Notes: generated by a model not told the origin, from the sequence alone. Positions 10,179 to 20,213 are shown, numbered from the stretch's first letter. The stretch: DNA of 60,033 nt from Bacilli bacterium (GCA_030531695.1 JAUNMV010000003.1:1-60033); one strand, 5' to 3'. Numbers and translations are program-made.

Positions 10179-12438
10179 GTCCTTCTACTTGATTTGATTC
10201 TTCAGCATCTTCTGCGAATGATACTAATACTGCACGAGGTTTTGAATTTCCTGTAGGTGGACCAATTATTCCATTTTCTTCTAATTGATCTATCATTGTA
10301 GCTGCTTTATTAAATCCTATTTTAAATTTTCTTTGAATTAGTGATACTGAAGCTTGTTGTTTACGTATTACAAATTCTACTATTTGATCATATAAATCAT
10401 CACCAGCATCTACTGGAGTATCATCTTCGGATGTAGATGATTGATTACTACTTTCTTTAGGTGCTGCATCAAGATTTAAGAACTCTTCATCGAATAAGTC
10501 TCCTTCTTGTTGTTTAGATGTAAAGTCTATTAACTTACCTATTTCTTCATCTGAAACAAATGAACCTTGAGTACGTGTAGGATTATTTTGACCTATTGGT
10601 AAATATAACATATCACCTTTACCTAATAGTTTTTCTGCTCCTATTTGATCTAAGATTGTACGTGAATCAATTCCTGAACCAACAGCAAATGAAATACGTG
10701 ATGGGATATTTGCTTTAATTAAACCAGTGATGACTTCTGTAGATGGTCTTTGTGTTGCTACTATTAAGTGAATTCCTGCAGCACGAGCTTTTTGTGTAAT
10801 ACGTAGAATTGAATCTTCTACTTCTTTTGCTGCTACCATCATTAAGTCAGATAACTCGTCTATTATAATTACAAGATATGGCATCTTATCTAATTTTTCT
10901 GAGTCTGGTTTACCTTTATTATATTTTTCTACATATTCGTTATATCCTTCAATATTTTTAGTAGTTGTATTACTAAATACTTGATATCTTTTTTCCATTT
11001 CAGCAACACTCTTTTGTAGAGCTATGTTTGCTTGTTTTGGATCAGTTACTACTGGACACATTAGATGTGGTATTCCATTATATACTGATAATTCAACTAC
11101 TTTTGGATCTACTAATATTAATTTTACTTCATCTGGTCTAGCTCTCATTAATATTGAACATATGATACCATTTACACATACTGATTTACCTGAACCAGTA
11201 GTACCTGCAATAAGTAAGTGTGGCATCTTATTAATTGGACATGTTTGTATTTCTCCCATTATTGTCTTACCTAATGGTACTAATAATTTATTAGGAGAAT
11301 TTTGAATTTCTGCACTAGCCATTATTTCATAGAATGAAACTGGATTAGATTTTTCATTAGCAAACTCAATACCTACTGTTTTCTTACCTGGTATTGGTGC
11401 TTCAATTCTTACATCTTTTTTAGCTAAAGCTAGGGCTATTTCTCTATTAATAGAAGTTATCTTATTAACTCTAGTACCTGATGCTACTTCTAATTCATAT
11501 TGTGATACAGCTGGTCCTATATGTACTTCTACTACTTTAGCAGTTATTCCAAAGTCTTTTAATACTTGTTCTAGTGCTTTTACATTATCATTAACTTGAG
11601 CATTATCACTCGCGTTATTTACTGGTTTTGGTTTATTTAATAAATCTAGTGAAGGTAATCTATAGAATGAATTTACTTGATTCTTTTCTTTTGGCTCTTC
11701 TGTTGGTTCATTCTCTTCTACCGGTTTCTTCTTTAAATCATCTATTGTTGTAATTTTAACTTGTTCATTACTATTATGAATAATTGGTTTTTTATCATCG
11801 AATGGTAATTTAGAATCATCTTCTGGATTATCATTACTATCTGGATCTTTTTCTTTATTTCTAATAATACGTACATTATCTTTAATAAAGTCTACTATAG
11901 AGAAACTTGTAAATAGACAAATACCTATTATCATTAATACCCATGAGACTATTTGCATACCTGTATATGAGAATAGTTTGGCAAATAAAGATGAGAATGC
12001 TCCACCTATGATTCCTCCACCTACTCCTAACCAATCATTAATTTTACCTGTCTCCATTAATTCTTTCATTGCAATCATTAATTGATTAATTGTATCTCTT
12101 AATATTGCCATCATATTAGATTTATTTAACTCTACAAATCTTTCATGCATTAGTACAAGTAAACCTGTAGTAAATAAATAGATACCTATCATCTTTTGAG
12201 TAAAGAATTCTGGCCATTGTTTCTTAAATAATACGAAACCACCTATTATTAGAAATACTACTAATAATGGTATATATAATGAACCTACTAAGAATAGAGA
12301 AAATGAAGTAATTGCTCTACCTACTGGTCCTAATTTACCTAATCCTAATATAGATGCAAGTATTAATAAGATTCCATATATTTGTACATCTACTTCTATT
12401 TCTTTCTTAGCTTGTTTTCTTCTTTTTCTTTTTCCCAT
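10165..12438 (-). CDS. ftsK: DNA translocase FtsK/SpoIIIE
   Basis: N-terminal TM segments, a proline/acidic linker, Walker A GTTGSGKSV, IIIDELSDLMM, and a C-terminal gamma winged-helix (LIQRKFKIGFNKAATMIDQLE). Start set at ATG 12438 (MGKRKRRK); the listed start at 12471 is a TTG. Confidence 0.9.
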   Translation of the reverse strand: MGKRKRRKQAKKEIEVDVQIYGILLILASILGLGKLGPVGRAITSFSLFLVGSLYIPLLVVFLIIGGFVLFKKQWPEFFTQKMIGIYLFTTGLLVLMHERFVELNKSNMMAILRDTINQLMIAMKELMETGKINDWLGVGGGIIGGAFSSLFAKLFSYTGMQIVSWVLMIIGICLFTSFSIVDFIKDNVRIIRNKEKDPDSNDNPEDDSKLPFDDKKPIIHNSNEQVKITTIDDLKKKPVEENEPTEEPKEKNQVNSFYRLPSLDLLNKPKPVNNASDNAQVNDNVKALEQVLKDFGITAKVVEVHIGPAVSQYELEVASGTRVNKITSINREIALALAKKDVRIEAPIPGKKTVGIEFANEKSNPVSFYEIMASAEIQNSPNKLLVPLGKTIMGEIQTCPINKMPHLLIAGTTGSGKSVCVNGIICSILMRARPDEVKLILVDPKVVELSVYNGIPHLMCPVVTDPKQANIALQKSVAEMEKRYQVFSNTTTKNIEGYNEYVEKYNKGKPDSEKLDKMPYLVIIIDELSDLMMVAAKEVEDSILRITQKARAAGIHLIVATQRPSTEVITGLIKANIPSRISFAVGSGIDSRTILDQIGAEKLLGKGDMLYLPIGQNNPTRTQGSFVSDEEIGKLIDFTSKQQEGDLFDEEFLNLDAAPKESSNQSSTSEDDTPVDAGDDLYDQIVEFVIRKQQASVSLIQRKFKIGFNKAATMIDQLEENGIIGPPTGNSKPRAVLVSFAEDAEESNQVEGQGEE

Positions 12439-12518
12439 AATAATTACCCCATCTTTATGATAATACTTCAATATAATTATACAACATATTTTTATAAAAA
12501 CAAAAAGAAAAGTAAGTT

Positions 12519-14669
12519 TTAACCTGCTCTTCTTAATTTGTTTTTCACTTCACTAAAATCATTGTTACTATATAAATCATTTTTATATTGATTTCTCTTT
12601 ATAATAAAGTAAAATTTACTTGTAGTATCATATACTTCATTATTATTATAATCTACTACTCTTAATAAATTAGGTAGTTCTGTCGGTTTAACCGGATATT
12701 CTTTTAATGAATCTACTCCTATTACTCTTAAGTTGTGAGCATCGAAATTTCTTAGTTTGTATGCTGATTCTAGAAACCCTGGACCCGTAATTAGCAAATT
12801 AGAAAATAGTGCTTCTTCTACTATTTCATTATATCTTAGGCATGAACTACCAGTCTCTTTTAAGGCATCACATTGAATTACTTTTAATTGTTCTGTTTCT
12901 GCTAATAAGTTATTTCCTGCTTTTACCATATTATTAGCATTAAAAACTTGTAAATCATAGGCTTCACTTAATAAATTATTTCCTGCTATTTCTAAGTGTG
13001 GAGCATCAAACCTTTTTATTTTTGCCATTTTTAAACAATCATTTCCTACATATCTAAGATTTGAAAGATCTGCTTCTCTAAGGTTCTTAGCACAAGTTAG
13101 TAATCCATCTGTTGCTCTTTCTAAATTATGTAAATCTACTACTTCTATTGCTTTATCGTTAGTCATAAATCCACTATCTGTTACTCTTATATTGGAAGCA
13201 TCTAATATTTTTACTTGAGCATTTGTTAAGAAACCTTCTTTTGTTATTTCTAACTTTTTTAGAATTGCCGTTTCTAAATTTTCATCTGATGTTAAGAAAT
13301 AATTTCCTACAGATAATAAATTTGAATACTCAACTTTTGGTATACTTCTATTTCTACTAAAATAGTAACTTCCTATTCTTTCTACCGCTTGTAATTCTGC
13401 TCTTTTACAAACAACATTATTATTTAAACAATAGTTACCTACTTTCTTTACTTTATTAGCTATCAACTCTTCAAGACATCTGTTTTCTGATAAAAAGAAG
13501 CTATCTATTTCTTCTGCATTGTCTAATAATAAGGTCTTCATAAACTTATTTTTAAGACAAAATTCACTATTAATAATTTTAGCATTTTGTATAGACATTC
13601 TTTCCATATATATATTTGAGTGGAAAAATCTAGGAGGTATTACTTCGATATTATCATTGTAATAAGCTTTAATTAAATTTTGATCATCTATTACTATATT
13701 AAATGAATTGTTATCTTCTCCTTTAAATTTTATATTTCTCTCATCTTTATTTATTCTAGTTACTTCTATATTTTTAATATCATGTACTGTATCTGGGAAT
13801 CCATCTTTGAAGTAGTCATCATAAGTAGTTATTTTTTTATCTTTAAAATCTATTAGAAAGTAATCTACTATAAAGTATCTACCATCTTTTTGATAATCTC
13901 TTACTACTTCTCCATTATCAATAATTAAATTATCTATACAATAATACACATCATTTATTTCATAATTATACTTATAATACTTTTCATCTACTTTTTTATA
14001 TCCTGGAAGATATATAGAAACATTATCTTGTTTTATATTATAGTTATATTTTTTTTCAAAGCTTCTAGTTAAACCTGGAATAATCTTTTCTAAGTTATTT
14101 CCAAATGTTGCATCTGGATTTTCTACTGTATGGTTATATCTATTTTTTATTGATAGCGTATTTACTAAACCTCTAGAAAATTGAATACTTATTACACTAG
14201 TACCATATAAATCTTCTCTTTGTGGAGCATCAAAATCTTCTCTTACTATATAATCTACATTTTTTTTAACGGCAAAGAATACATAATCTGTATCTAATCT
14301 TCCTCCTTGAGTAAATGTACATAGTTCTTCTCCCTTTTGATAATACTTTTTAAAATATTGAATATCTGATTCACTTTCACATTCATAAAAATAGTAACCT
14401 GCTTCATCAAGTAATTCTTCCGGAGTTTTGCCTGTATCAATCAATACTTCGTTATTTTTGCTATATAAGCTATTTATATATTCTCTAAACTCTTCTATTG
14501 AATCATACTTTTCTAGGTCATCATAAAGATATCTATTAGGTTCAAAGTGACTTTCTAGTATTTCCAGTAATTTACCTTTTTCTTCCAAAATTGTAGAAAA
14601 AAATGTTCTACATAGATGAGCCATTCTTTCACCATAATTCTTTTTTATTTGTTGTAGCTCAAAGTTCAT
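12519..14669 (-). CDS. Large cytoplasmic protein: unknown N-terminal domain of about 370 aa plus C-terminal BspA-type leucine-rich repeats
   Basis: No signal peptide. The C-terminal half has repeats of about 22-24 aa with the pattern (V/I)G(N/S)Y(C/F/Y)L..N..L...L..L, e.g. VGNYCLNNN, IGSYYFSRN, VGNYFLTSD, VGNDCLKMA, AGNNLLSEA. AGGTGAT RBS. Confidence 0.6.
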   Translation of the reverse strand: MNFELQQIKKNYGERMAHLCRTFFSTILEEKGKLLEILESHFEPNRYLYDDLEKYDSIEEFREYINSLYSKNNEVLIDTGKTPEELLDEAGYYFYECESESDIQYFKKYYQKGEELCTFTQGGRLDTDYVFFAVKKNVDYIVREDFDAPQREDLYGTSVISIQFSRGLVNTLSIKNRYNHTVENPDATFGNNLEKIIPGLTRSFEKKYNYNIKQDNVSIYLPGYKKVDEKYYKYNYEINDVYYCIDNLIIDNGEVVRDYQKDGRYFIVDYFLIDFKDKKITTYDDYFKDGFPDTVHDIKNIEVTRINKDERNIKFKGEDNNSFNIVIDDQNLIKAYYNDNIEVIPPRFFHSNIYMERMSIQNAKIINSEFCLKNKFMKTLLLDNAEEIDSFFLSENRCLEELIANKVKKVGNYCLNNNVVCKRAELQAVERIGSYYFSRNRSIPKVEYSNLLSVGNYFLTSDENLETAILKKLEITKEGFLTNAQVKILDASNIRVTDSGFMTNDKAIEVVDLHNLERATDGLLTCAKNLREADLSNLRYVGNDCLKMAKIKRFDAPHLEIAGNNLLSEAYDLQVFNANNMVKAGNNLLAETEQLKVIQCDALKETGSSCLRYNEIVEEALFSNLLITGPGFLESAYKLRNFDAHNLRVIGVDSLKEYPVKPTELPNLLRVVDYNNNEVYDTTSKFYFIIKRNQYKNDLYSNNDFSEVKNKLRRAG

Positions 14670-14677
14670 CTAATCAC

Positions 14678-14944
14678 CTACCCATAATATCTTTCTAAAG
14701 ATAGTTCATTTTTATCTGTTATTACTTTAATTAGATCGTCTTCTTCTTTTCTTGTATCTTCTTTAATAGGCCCATAAGCATAACAATTTACTTCATTTAG
14801 AACACTTTCAGGTAGATAGATAATATTACCTACTTGTACTTCTTCATCTATGTAGAATCTTATATTAACTATATATATTTTATTATGATCATCTCTTAAT
14901 GTATAATCGTTAAATTCTTTATCTATTACTTCTAGTTTTACCAT
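14678..14944 (-). CDS. Hypothetical small cytoplasmic protein (88 aa)
   Basis: AGGTGAT RBS. Tight spacing between neighbouring minus-strand genes. Confidence 0.5.
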   Translation of the reverse strand: MVKLEVIDKEFNDYTLRDDHNKIYIVNIRFYIDEEVQVGNIIYLPESVLNEVNCYAYGPIKEDTRKEEDDLIKVITDKNELSLERYYG

Positions 14945-14955
14945 TATATCACCTA

Positions 14956-15339
14956 CTAATCTGCATAGAAGTTTTTTACTTTTCCATCTATTTCGAATCT
15001 AAATACATCTTTAGTCCACTCTACTACTTTTATTTTATTTTGTTTACTTTTATATTTACAATCGAAATAAATAGTATCTTTATTATCATAGGAATATGTA
15101 CATTCATTTTCATCATCAAAGAAATAACTAGTTGGTTCACTATCACAATCATATAATGAATATCTACCATTAGTATCAAATGTTAGACAAGCATATTCAT
15201 CGTGTTCTTCTTGATACATAATACCTAAATATTTAGCATCGTGATAATTACTTCTTTTTATATTATTAAAAATTACTACTAATCCTATAATTATTAAGGA
15301 TATTATGATAATTATTAGCATTAATCTTTTACTTTTCAT
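14956..15339 (-). CDS. Hypothetical N-terminally membrane-anchored Cys-containing protein (127 aa)
   Basis: N-terminal KSKRLMLIIIIISLIIIGLVVIF anchor. AGGAAGTG RBS. Confidence 0.5.
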   Translation of the reverse strand: MKSKRLMLIIIIISLIIIGLVVIFNNIKRSNYHDAKYLGIMYQEEHDEYACLTFDTNGRYSLYDCDSEPTSYFFDDENECTYSYDNKDTIYFDCKYKSKQNKIKVVEWTKDVFRFEIDGKVKNFYAD

Positions 15340-15371
15340 ACTACACTTCCTATTCTATAGATATTATAGCA

Positions 15372-15399
15372 CAAAAAAAGAGCATATTACTATGCTCTT
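15372..15399 (-). terminator. Rho-independent terminator after efp
   Basis: AAGAGCATA-TTAC-TATGCTCTT stem with a T-run on the minus strand. Overlaps the efp stop. Confidence 0.6.
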
Positions 15400-15947
15400 G
15401 ATACATATTTACCATCTGCAGTAGAAACAATGATAGTTTCTCCTTCTTCGATAAATAATGGTACACGTACGTTTAATCCTGTTTCACATTCAGCATCTTT
15501 TAAGGCATTGTTTGTAGTATTACCTTTAACAGCTGGTTCTGTATGAGTTACTACTAAGTTAACTTTATCTGGTAAGTCTAATCCTAGAACTTCTCCTTCA
15601 TATGAAGTTATATATACTTCTAGGTTTTCTTTTAAGAATTTAACTCCATCTCCAACTTGTGATGCTTGTAATTCTAATTGTTCATATGATTCCATATTCA
15701 TGAAATAATATACATCATTCATGTTATATAAATATTGCATTAATTGTTTTTCAATTCTTGCTGTTGCTACTTTAACACCTGCATTAAAAGTTTGTTCAAA
15801 AATAGCTCCAGTTCTTAAGTTTTTAAGTTTAGCTTTTACAATAGCTGCACCTTTTCCAGGTTTAACGTGTTGAGTTTCTAAAACTACATAAATAGCTCCT
15901 TCATACTCAATTGTGATTCCATTTTTTAAATCATTTGTACTAATCAT
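15390..15947 (-). CDS. efp: Translation elongation factor P
   Basis: MISTNDLKNGITIEYEGAIYVVLETQHVKPGKGAAIVKAKLKNLRTG is canonical EF-P, including the KPGKG loop. Confidence 0.95.
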   Translation of the reverse strand: MISTNDLKNGITIEYEGAIYVVLETQHVKPGKGAAIVKAKLKNLRTGAIFEQTFNAGVKVATARIEKQLMQYLYNMNDVYYFMNMESYEQLELQASQVGDGVKFLKENLEVYITSYEGEVLGLDLPDKVNLVVTHTEPAVKGNTTNNALKDAECETGLNVRVPLFIEEGETIIVSTADGKYVSRA

Positions 15948-15970
15948 TTTTACACTCCCTTACTCTTCTA

Positions 15971-15999
15971 AGAAAAAAATAAGTTTTTTATACTTATTT
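15971..15999 (-). terminator. Rho-independent terminator after rpmG
   Basis: Minus strand: AATAAGT-loop-ACTTATT followed by TTTTTTCTT. Confidence 0.45.
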
Positions 16000-16164
16000 T
16001 TACTTTTTCTCCTTATGTACTGTATGTTTTCTACATCTAGGACAGTATCTATTTAATTCAAGACGTTCTGTAGTATTTCTTACATTTCTTTCATCTCTGT
16101 AATTTTCTTCTTTACATTCACTACAAACTAGAGTTTTCATTTGTCTGTTTCCTACTTTAGCCAT
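16000..16164 (-). CDS. rpmG: 50S ribosomal protein L33 (54 aa; absent from the ORF track because it is shorter than 60 aa)
   Basis: Manual translation: MAKVGNRQMKTLVCSECKEENYRDERNVRNTTERLELNRYCPRCRKHTVHKEKK. CxxC...CxxC zinc ribbon and ERLEL..YCPRCRKHT, both typical of L33. GGGAGG RBS 8 nt upstream. An extended -10 (TGGTATAAT) lies at about 16191-16199 on the minus strand. Confidence 0.9.
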   Translation of the reverse strand: MAKVGNRQMKTLVCSECKEENYRDERNVRNTTERLELNRYCPRCRKHTVHKEKK

Positions 16165-16300
16165 TTTCTATGCCTCCCTTACATCTAATGGTATTATACC
16201 AAAATTTTTATAAAACGCAAAAGAAATTTAGTTCTTTTACAAAAGACTTTATTATTTTAGCACATATTTTCGTATTTATCAACTAAATTAGTTCTTATTT

Positions 16301-16329
16301 TTGACAAATAAAGCTTTTTTTAGTATAAT
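16301..16329 (+). promoter_or_regulatory. Consensus sigma-A promoter, TTGACA-17 nt-TATAAT
   Basis: TTGACA at 16301-16306, a 17-nt spacer, then TATAAT at 16324-16329. GGGGG RBS and ATG at 16355 lie downstream. Confidence 0.65.
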
Positions 16330-16354
16330 ATGCGACAGTTTATGGGGGTATTTT

Positions 16355-16870
16355 ATGAATACTAATTATGTTAAAAAACTAAGAGTTTGGAAGAAAGCCT
16401 ATGAATTAGGTGAAGAAAAAAACATTAAATTAATGGAAAAAGTTGCTTTATGTGATGATAAAGGCTTAGTAAATAAATCTAGACACTATCAAAAGTTAGA
16501 ATTCATGAATAATATAGAAAGAAAGACTATTAGAGATAATCTTACTAGGTTATTTGAAAGAGATCCTAATAGTTTAACTAATAAAATGATAAAACTACTA
16601 GAAAATGAATATTTATTAGATGATGATAAATATAATTTATTAGTATTAAAGAACGAATTAGAATCTAATGAATTTGAAATATCCTTACTTAGAGAACATA
16701 TAAATAATTATAGAAAAACTGATACCATATCTTTAATGGAACTTAGAAAAGAATTAATACTAAAAACTATTAGAAGAAATAATATAACTAAGAGTATTAG
16801 AAGAATAGAACCTAAAGTTAATGCTTTTAGAAATACATTTTCTGATTATATGAAAAGAATAGATAATTAA
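16355..16870 (+). CDS. Hypothetical, probably helical or coiled-coil protein (171 aa)
   Basis: The in-frame ATG at 16355 is preceded by an RBS. The listed start at 16301 is the TTG of the -35 box. A hairpin terminator overlaps the stop. Confidence 0.6.
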   Translation: MNTNYVKKLRVWKKAYELGEEKNIKLMEKVALCDDKGLVNKSRHYQKLEFMNNIERKTIRDNLTRLFERDPNSLTNKMIKLLENEYLLDDDKYNLLVLKNELESNEFEISLLREHINNYRKTDTISLMELRKELILKTIRRNNITKSIRRIEPKVNAFRNTFSDYMKRIDN

Positions 16871-16884
16871 TCTATTCTTTTTTA
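16856..16884 (+). terminator. Rho-independent terminator
   Basis: AGAATAGAT-AATTA-ATCTATTCT followed by TTTTTT. Confidence 0.55.
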
Positions 16885-18948
16885 TATTCCATAATAATTA
16901 TAATATGTACTCATTACTTCTCTTACTATTCTATATGATACAAGTGAAGTAAATTCATATGAAGGATTAGGATGAGATACATTAGGTGAAGATACTTCTA
17001 TACTTACTTTAGGATTATCATATGGAGCATATCCTACAAATGATGTAGTTATTGTTTCTGTATCAATTACTCCGTTACCATCTGTATCTATAAAACTCTG
17101 TGATGTACCTGTTTTACCCGCTCCTCTTAGATGTTCTTCCATATATCCTCTACCATATCCATTTGAAGCATTTAATACTGCCCAGAATCCATATCTTACT
17201 CTATCCATATTTTCTCTTGATGTATTTATTGTATTTAATACATTAGGCTCATAAGTGAATATTACTTTACCTAATTCATTAGAGTCAGTTGACTCTCTTA
17301 CTTCTTTTAAAAGATGAGTTTGCATTCTATTTCCACCATTAGCTATAGTAGATACGTATTGAGATAGTTGAAGAGGTGTAAATGACTCATATTGACCTAT
17401 TACATAATCTAATAGATTACCTGCAGCTTTATCTTTTTTAGCTCCATATCCACTACTTTCTACTGGTAAATCTATTCCTGTTTTTACACCTAAACCAAAG
17501 GAATGATACATTGTTCTATAAGTATCAAATGCCGATTGATTAAAATTCAACTTCATATTTCTATGATATTCTTGTCCATTTACTCTTATTGCTGCTTTAA
17601 ATTGATATACGTTACTTGATTGGGCAAGAGCTGTTATATCATCAATTACTCCTAAGTTATGATATGAACTCTTTTCTGCTACTCCGGCAACTTTTATAGG
17701 TTCATCCATTACTCTTTCTCCAAAGTGTACTGCTCCTGTATTATAAGCAACTAACATAGAAGCACCTTTAACTACACTTCCTGGAGTAATAGGATTAGTA
17801 AGAATACTTCTTACATTATCTACTATTACACCATCAACAAGTTTTTTTGAGGCCATTACTAATATTTCTCCTGTATTAGGATCTTGTAGTATAACACTAG
17901 AATGATCATAATACTCACTATTAGCTTCTCCCTTACATCTCCAAATATTATTTTCTATTATTCTTTCTACTTCTTGTTGAAGATGAATATCAATACTTAA
18001 AACTATATCATTACCTCTTTTTCCTTCTTTAATCAACTTAGTTTCAGTAGATGATACTACTTCATATTCAGGTTTTTCTCCTTTTAAATAATTCTCATAT
18101 TCTTTTTCTATATAACTTAATCCTACTCTATCATTTAGAGAATAACCTAAACTTAAATAATAATCTTTTTCTTCTGCAGGTATACCTTGTTTAGTAGAAG
18201 ATACTGTACCTAATATAGATTTTAAAGTATCTCCATAAGGATAAGTTCTTTCCCAACTAACACTAGTATTAAATCCATAAAGAGAAGCATTATTCTCACT
18301 AACATAAGCATATTCTTCATCACTAACATTTGATTTAATTATCTTTTCTGAATAAGCATATCCACTATTCATTAAATAAAATATTTGTGCTACATGTAAG
18401 TCTTCTTCACTTAGTTTAGATAATTCTTTATCAGTTATTCTTTCTACTTTTAACTCATATATATCATTACTTGTAAGTTTCTTTTGTGCAAGTAATTCAT
18501 ATTCTTTTTCTTTAATCAACTTATTACAATATTCAGGATAAGCTGCGATATAATACTCCTTTTTAGATCTTTCTGTTAATTTAGAAATATCTATATATAC
18601 ATGTCTAGATAGAGTTCTTGCAGCTTCTAACATTTGTTTAGTAGATACATCTTTTCTTTTAGAATAAGTAATTGTTTTTACCGCAATATTATCTACTATA
18701 ACATTATAATTTCTATCTAGTATTCTACCTCTCGGAGCTGACTCTCCACTAGTTTTAACATAAGTTAAGACATCAATCTTATCATTATATTTATCATTTT
18801 CAATTATCATAACATTAAATAATTTAGCTAATAAAATTATAAAAATAATAATTATAAATATGAGGAAAACAATAAATCTATTTTTTACTACATAGTCATA
18901 ATTAATACTTCTAGTTTTCTTAGGCATTACTTTTTTCTTTTTACGCAT
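16882..18948 (-). CDS. Class B penicillin-binding protein (PBP2/FtsI-type transpeptidase)
   Basis: N-terminal TM anchor. SVVK (SxxK), SSN and KTGT motifs in the expected order. GGGAGGT RBS. Confidence 0.85.
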   Translation of the reverse strand: MRKKKKVMPKKTRSINYDYVVKNRFIVFLIFIIIIFIILLAKLFNVMIIENDKYNDKIDVLTYVKTSGESAPRGRILDRNYNVIVDNIAVKTITYSKRKDVSTKQMLEAARTLSRHVYIDISKLTERSKKEYYIAAYPEYCNKLIKEKEYELLAQKKLTSNDIYELKVERITDKELSKLSEEDLHVAQIFYLMNSGYAYSEKIIKSNVSDEEYAYVSENNASLYGFNTSVSWERTYPYGDTLKSILGTVSSTKQGIPAEEKDYYLSLGYSLNDRVGLSYIEKEYENYLKGEKPEYEVVSSTETKLIKEGKRGNDIVLSIDIHLQQEVERIIENNIWRCKGEANSEYYDHSSVILQDPNTGEILVMASKKLVDGVIVDNVRSILTNPITPGSVVKGASMLVAYNTGAVHFGERVMDEPIKVAGVAEKSSYHNLGVIDDITALAQSSNVYQFKAAIRVNGQEYHRNMKLNFNQSAFDTYRTMYHSFGLGVKTGIDLPVESSGYGAKKDKAAGNLLDYVIGQYESFTPLQLSQYVSTIANGGNRMQTHLLKEVRESTDSNELGKVIFTYEPNVLNTINTSRENMDRVRYGFWAVLNASNGYGRGYMEEHLRGAGKTGTSQSFIDTDGNGVIDTETITTSFVGYAPYDNPKVSIEVSSPNVSHPNPSYEFTSLVSYRIVREVMSTYYNYYGI

Positions 18949-19020
18949 AATAATACCTCCCTTTATTAGTTTATCACATAAAATTACTTCTAATTCATAA
19001 ATTTAACTAGAGGTGATAAT

Positions 19021-19272
19021 TTGTATAAGGATTTAGTACTTAAATATATTCATTTATTAACTCCTAATCATATAGATGAATATGCAAGAAATAATAATAT
19101 TATACTTTCTAAAGAAGAAAATTTAATAATTTATAGATTTATCTTAGAAAATTATAAAGATTTATTAGATAATAAAGAATCAATAAATAAACTTAAACCT
19201 TTAATAAGAGATGATTTATATAAATCTATAGAAAAAATATATTATAAAAACAAGGCTAAATATATTGATTAG
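19021..19272 (+). CDS. Small hypothetical protein (83 aa, TTG start), possibly YqfT/DUF2624-like
   Basis: AGAGGTGA RBS before the TTG. Convergent 4-nt overlap with nfo. The family assignment rests only on recollection of the nfo-yqfT neighbourhood in Bacillus. Confidence 0.4.
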   Translation: MYKDLVLKYIHLLTPNHIDEYARNNNIILSKEENLIIYRFILENYKDLLDNKESINKLKPLIRDDLYKSIEKIYYKNKAKYID

Positions 19273-20153
19273 CCTTGTTTTATTTTATTAATTAAATCTT
19301 TATCAAATTCTTTATTTCTTATCATTTCTATTTCATATTTATATGGAGGATAATCTTTATCTACATATTGTGTTTCTAATATCTTTGGAATACTCTCTAA
19401 CTTTTCATTATATATAATATCTATTAAAGTATTAAAACCTATAGTACCAAATCCTATATTTTCATGTCTATCTTTATGAGTATTAATTTCATTCTTACTG
19501 TCATTAATATGAATACATCCTACTCTATTAAGACCTATTTCTTTATCAAATAAATTTAAGTATTCATTAAATTTAGTTAAGTCTACTCCTGAATCATTTA
19601 AGTGACATGTATCTAGACATACTCCTAAATTATCTTTATATTTGCAATTATCAATTATATATTTTAGTTGTTTTATATCTGTACCTAATTCTGTACCTTT
19701 ACCGGCCATTGTCTCTAGTAAAATAACTACATTAGTCTTAGTATTTTCTAGTATCATATCTAATCCTTTTATAACACTATCTAATCCTGTATCTATTCCA
19801 TTACCTACATGACTTCCTGGATGTAGTACTAATTTATTTATGCCTAATGCCTCACATCTATGTATCTCTTCTTGTAGAAATCTTACTGAGAACATAAATT
19901 TCTCTTTATCAGGATTACCTAAATTTATAATATATGGAGCATGTACTACAACTTTTGAATAATCAAAATTAATTTCTTGCATCTTAGTCATTGCTTCTAA
20001 AGTAAGACCATCTTCAATGTTAGATCTATTTGTATTTTGAGGAGCACCTGTATAAAACATAAATGTATTTGCTCCATAAGATAATGCTTCTTCTAAGCTA
20101 CCTTTAAGTTGAGTATTTTTATTAAATCCCACATGAGAACCTATTATTAACAT
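19269..20153 (-). CDS. nfo: Endonuclease IV (deoxyribonuclease IV)
   Basis: IGSHVG, HAPYIINLGN, LETMAGKGTELG and CLDTCH motifs of the Nfo TIM-barrel. Start set at MLIIGSHV, preceded by GGTGAT. Confidence 0.9.
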   Translation of the reverse strand: MLIIGSHVGFNKNTQLKGSLEEALSYGANTFMFYTGAPQNTNRSNIEDGLTLEAMTKMQEINFDYSKVVVHAPYIINLGNPDKEKFMFSVRFLQEEIHRCEALGINKLVLHPGSHVGNGIDTGLDSVIKGLDMILENTKTNVVILLETMAGKGTELGTDIKQLKYIIDNCKYKDNLGVCLDTCHLNDSGVDLTKFNEYLNLFDKEIGLNRVGCIHINDSKNEINTHKDRHENIGFGTIGFNTLIDIIYNEKLESIPKILETQYVDKDYPPYKYEIEMIRNKEFDKDLINKIKQG

Positions 20154-20173
20154 TTTAATCACCAATGTCATTA

Positions 20174-20203
20174 TAACAAAAAAAGATGACTTTCGTCATC
20201 TTT
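20174..20203 (-). terminator. Rho-independent terminator after the 249-aa pilin gene
   Basis: AAAGATGAC-TTTC-GTCATCTTT with a TTTTTTT run on the minus strand. Confidence 0.65.
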
Positions 20204-20213
20204 ATATATCTTA

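Noticed and set aside
16301-16354. Listed TTG start extending the 16301..16870 ORF
   Set aside because: The TTG is the first base of a perfect TTGACA -35 box, followed 17 nt later by TATAAT. The ATG at 16355 has a proper RBS.
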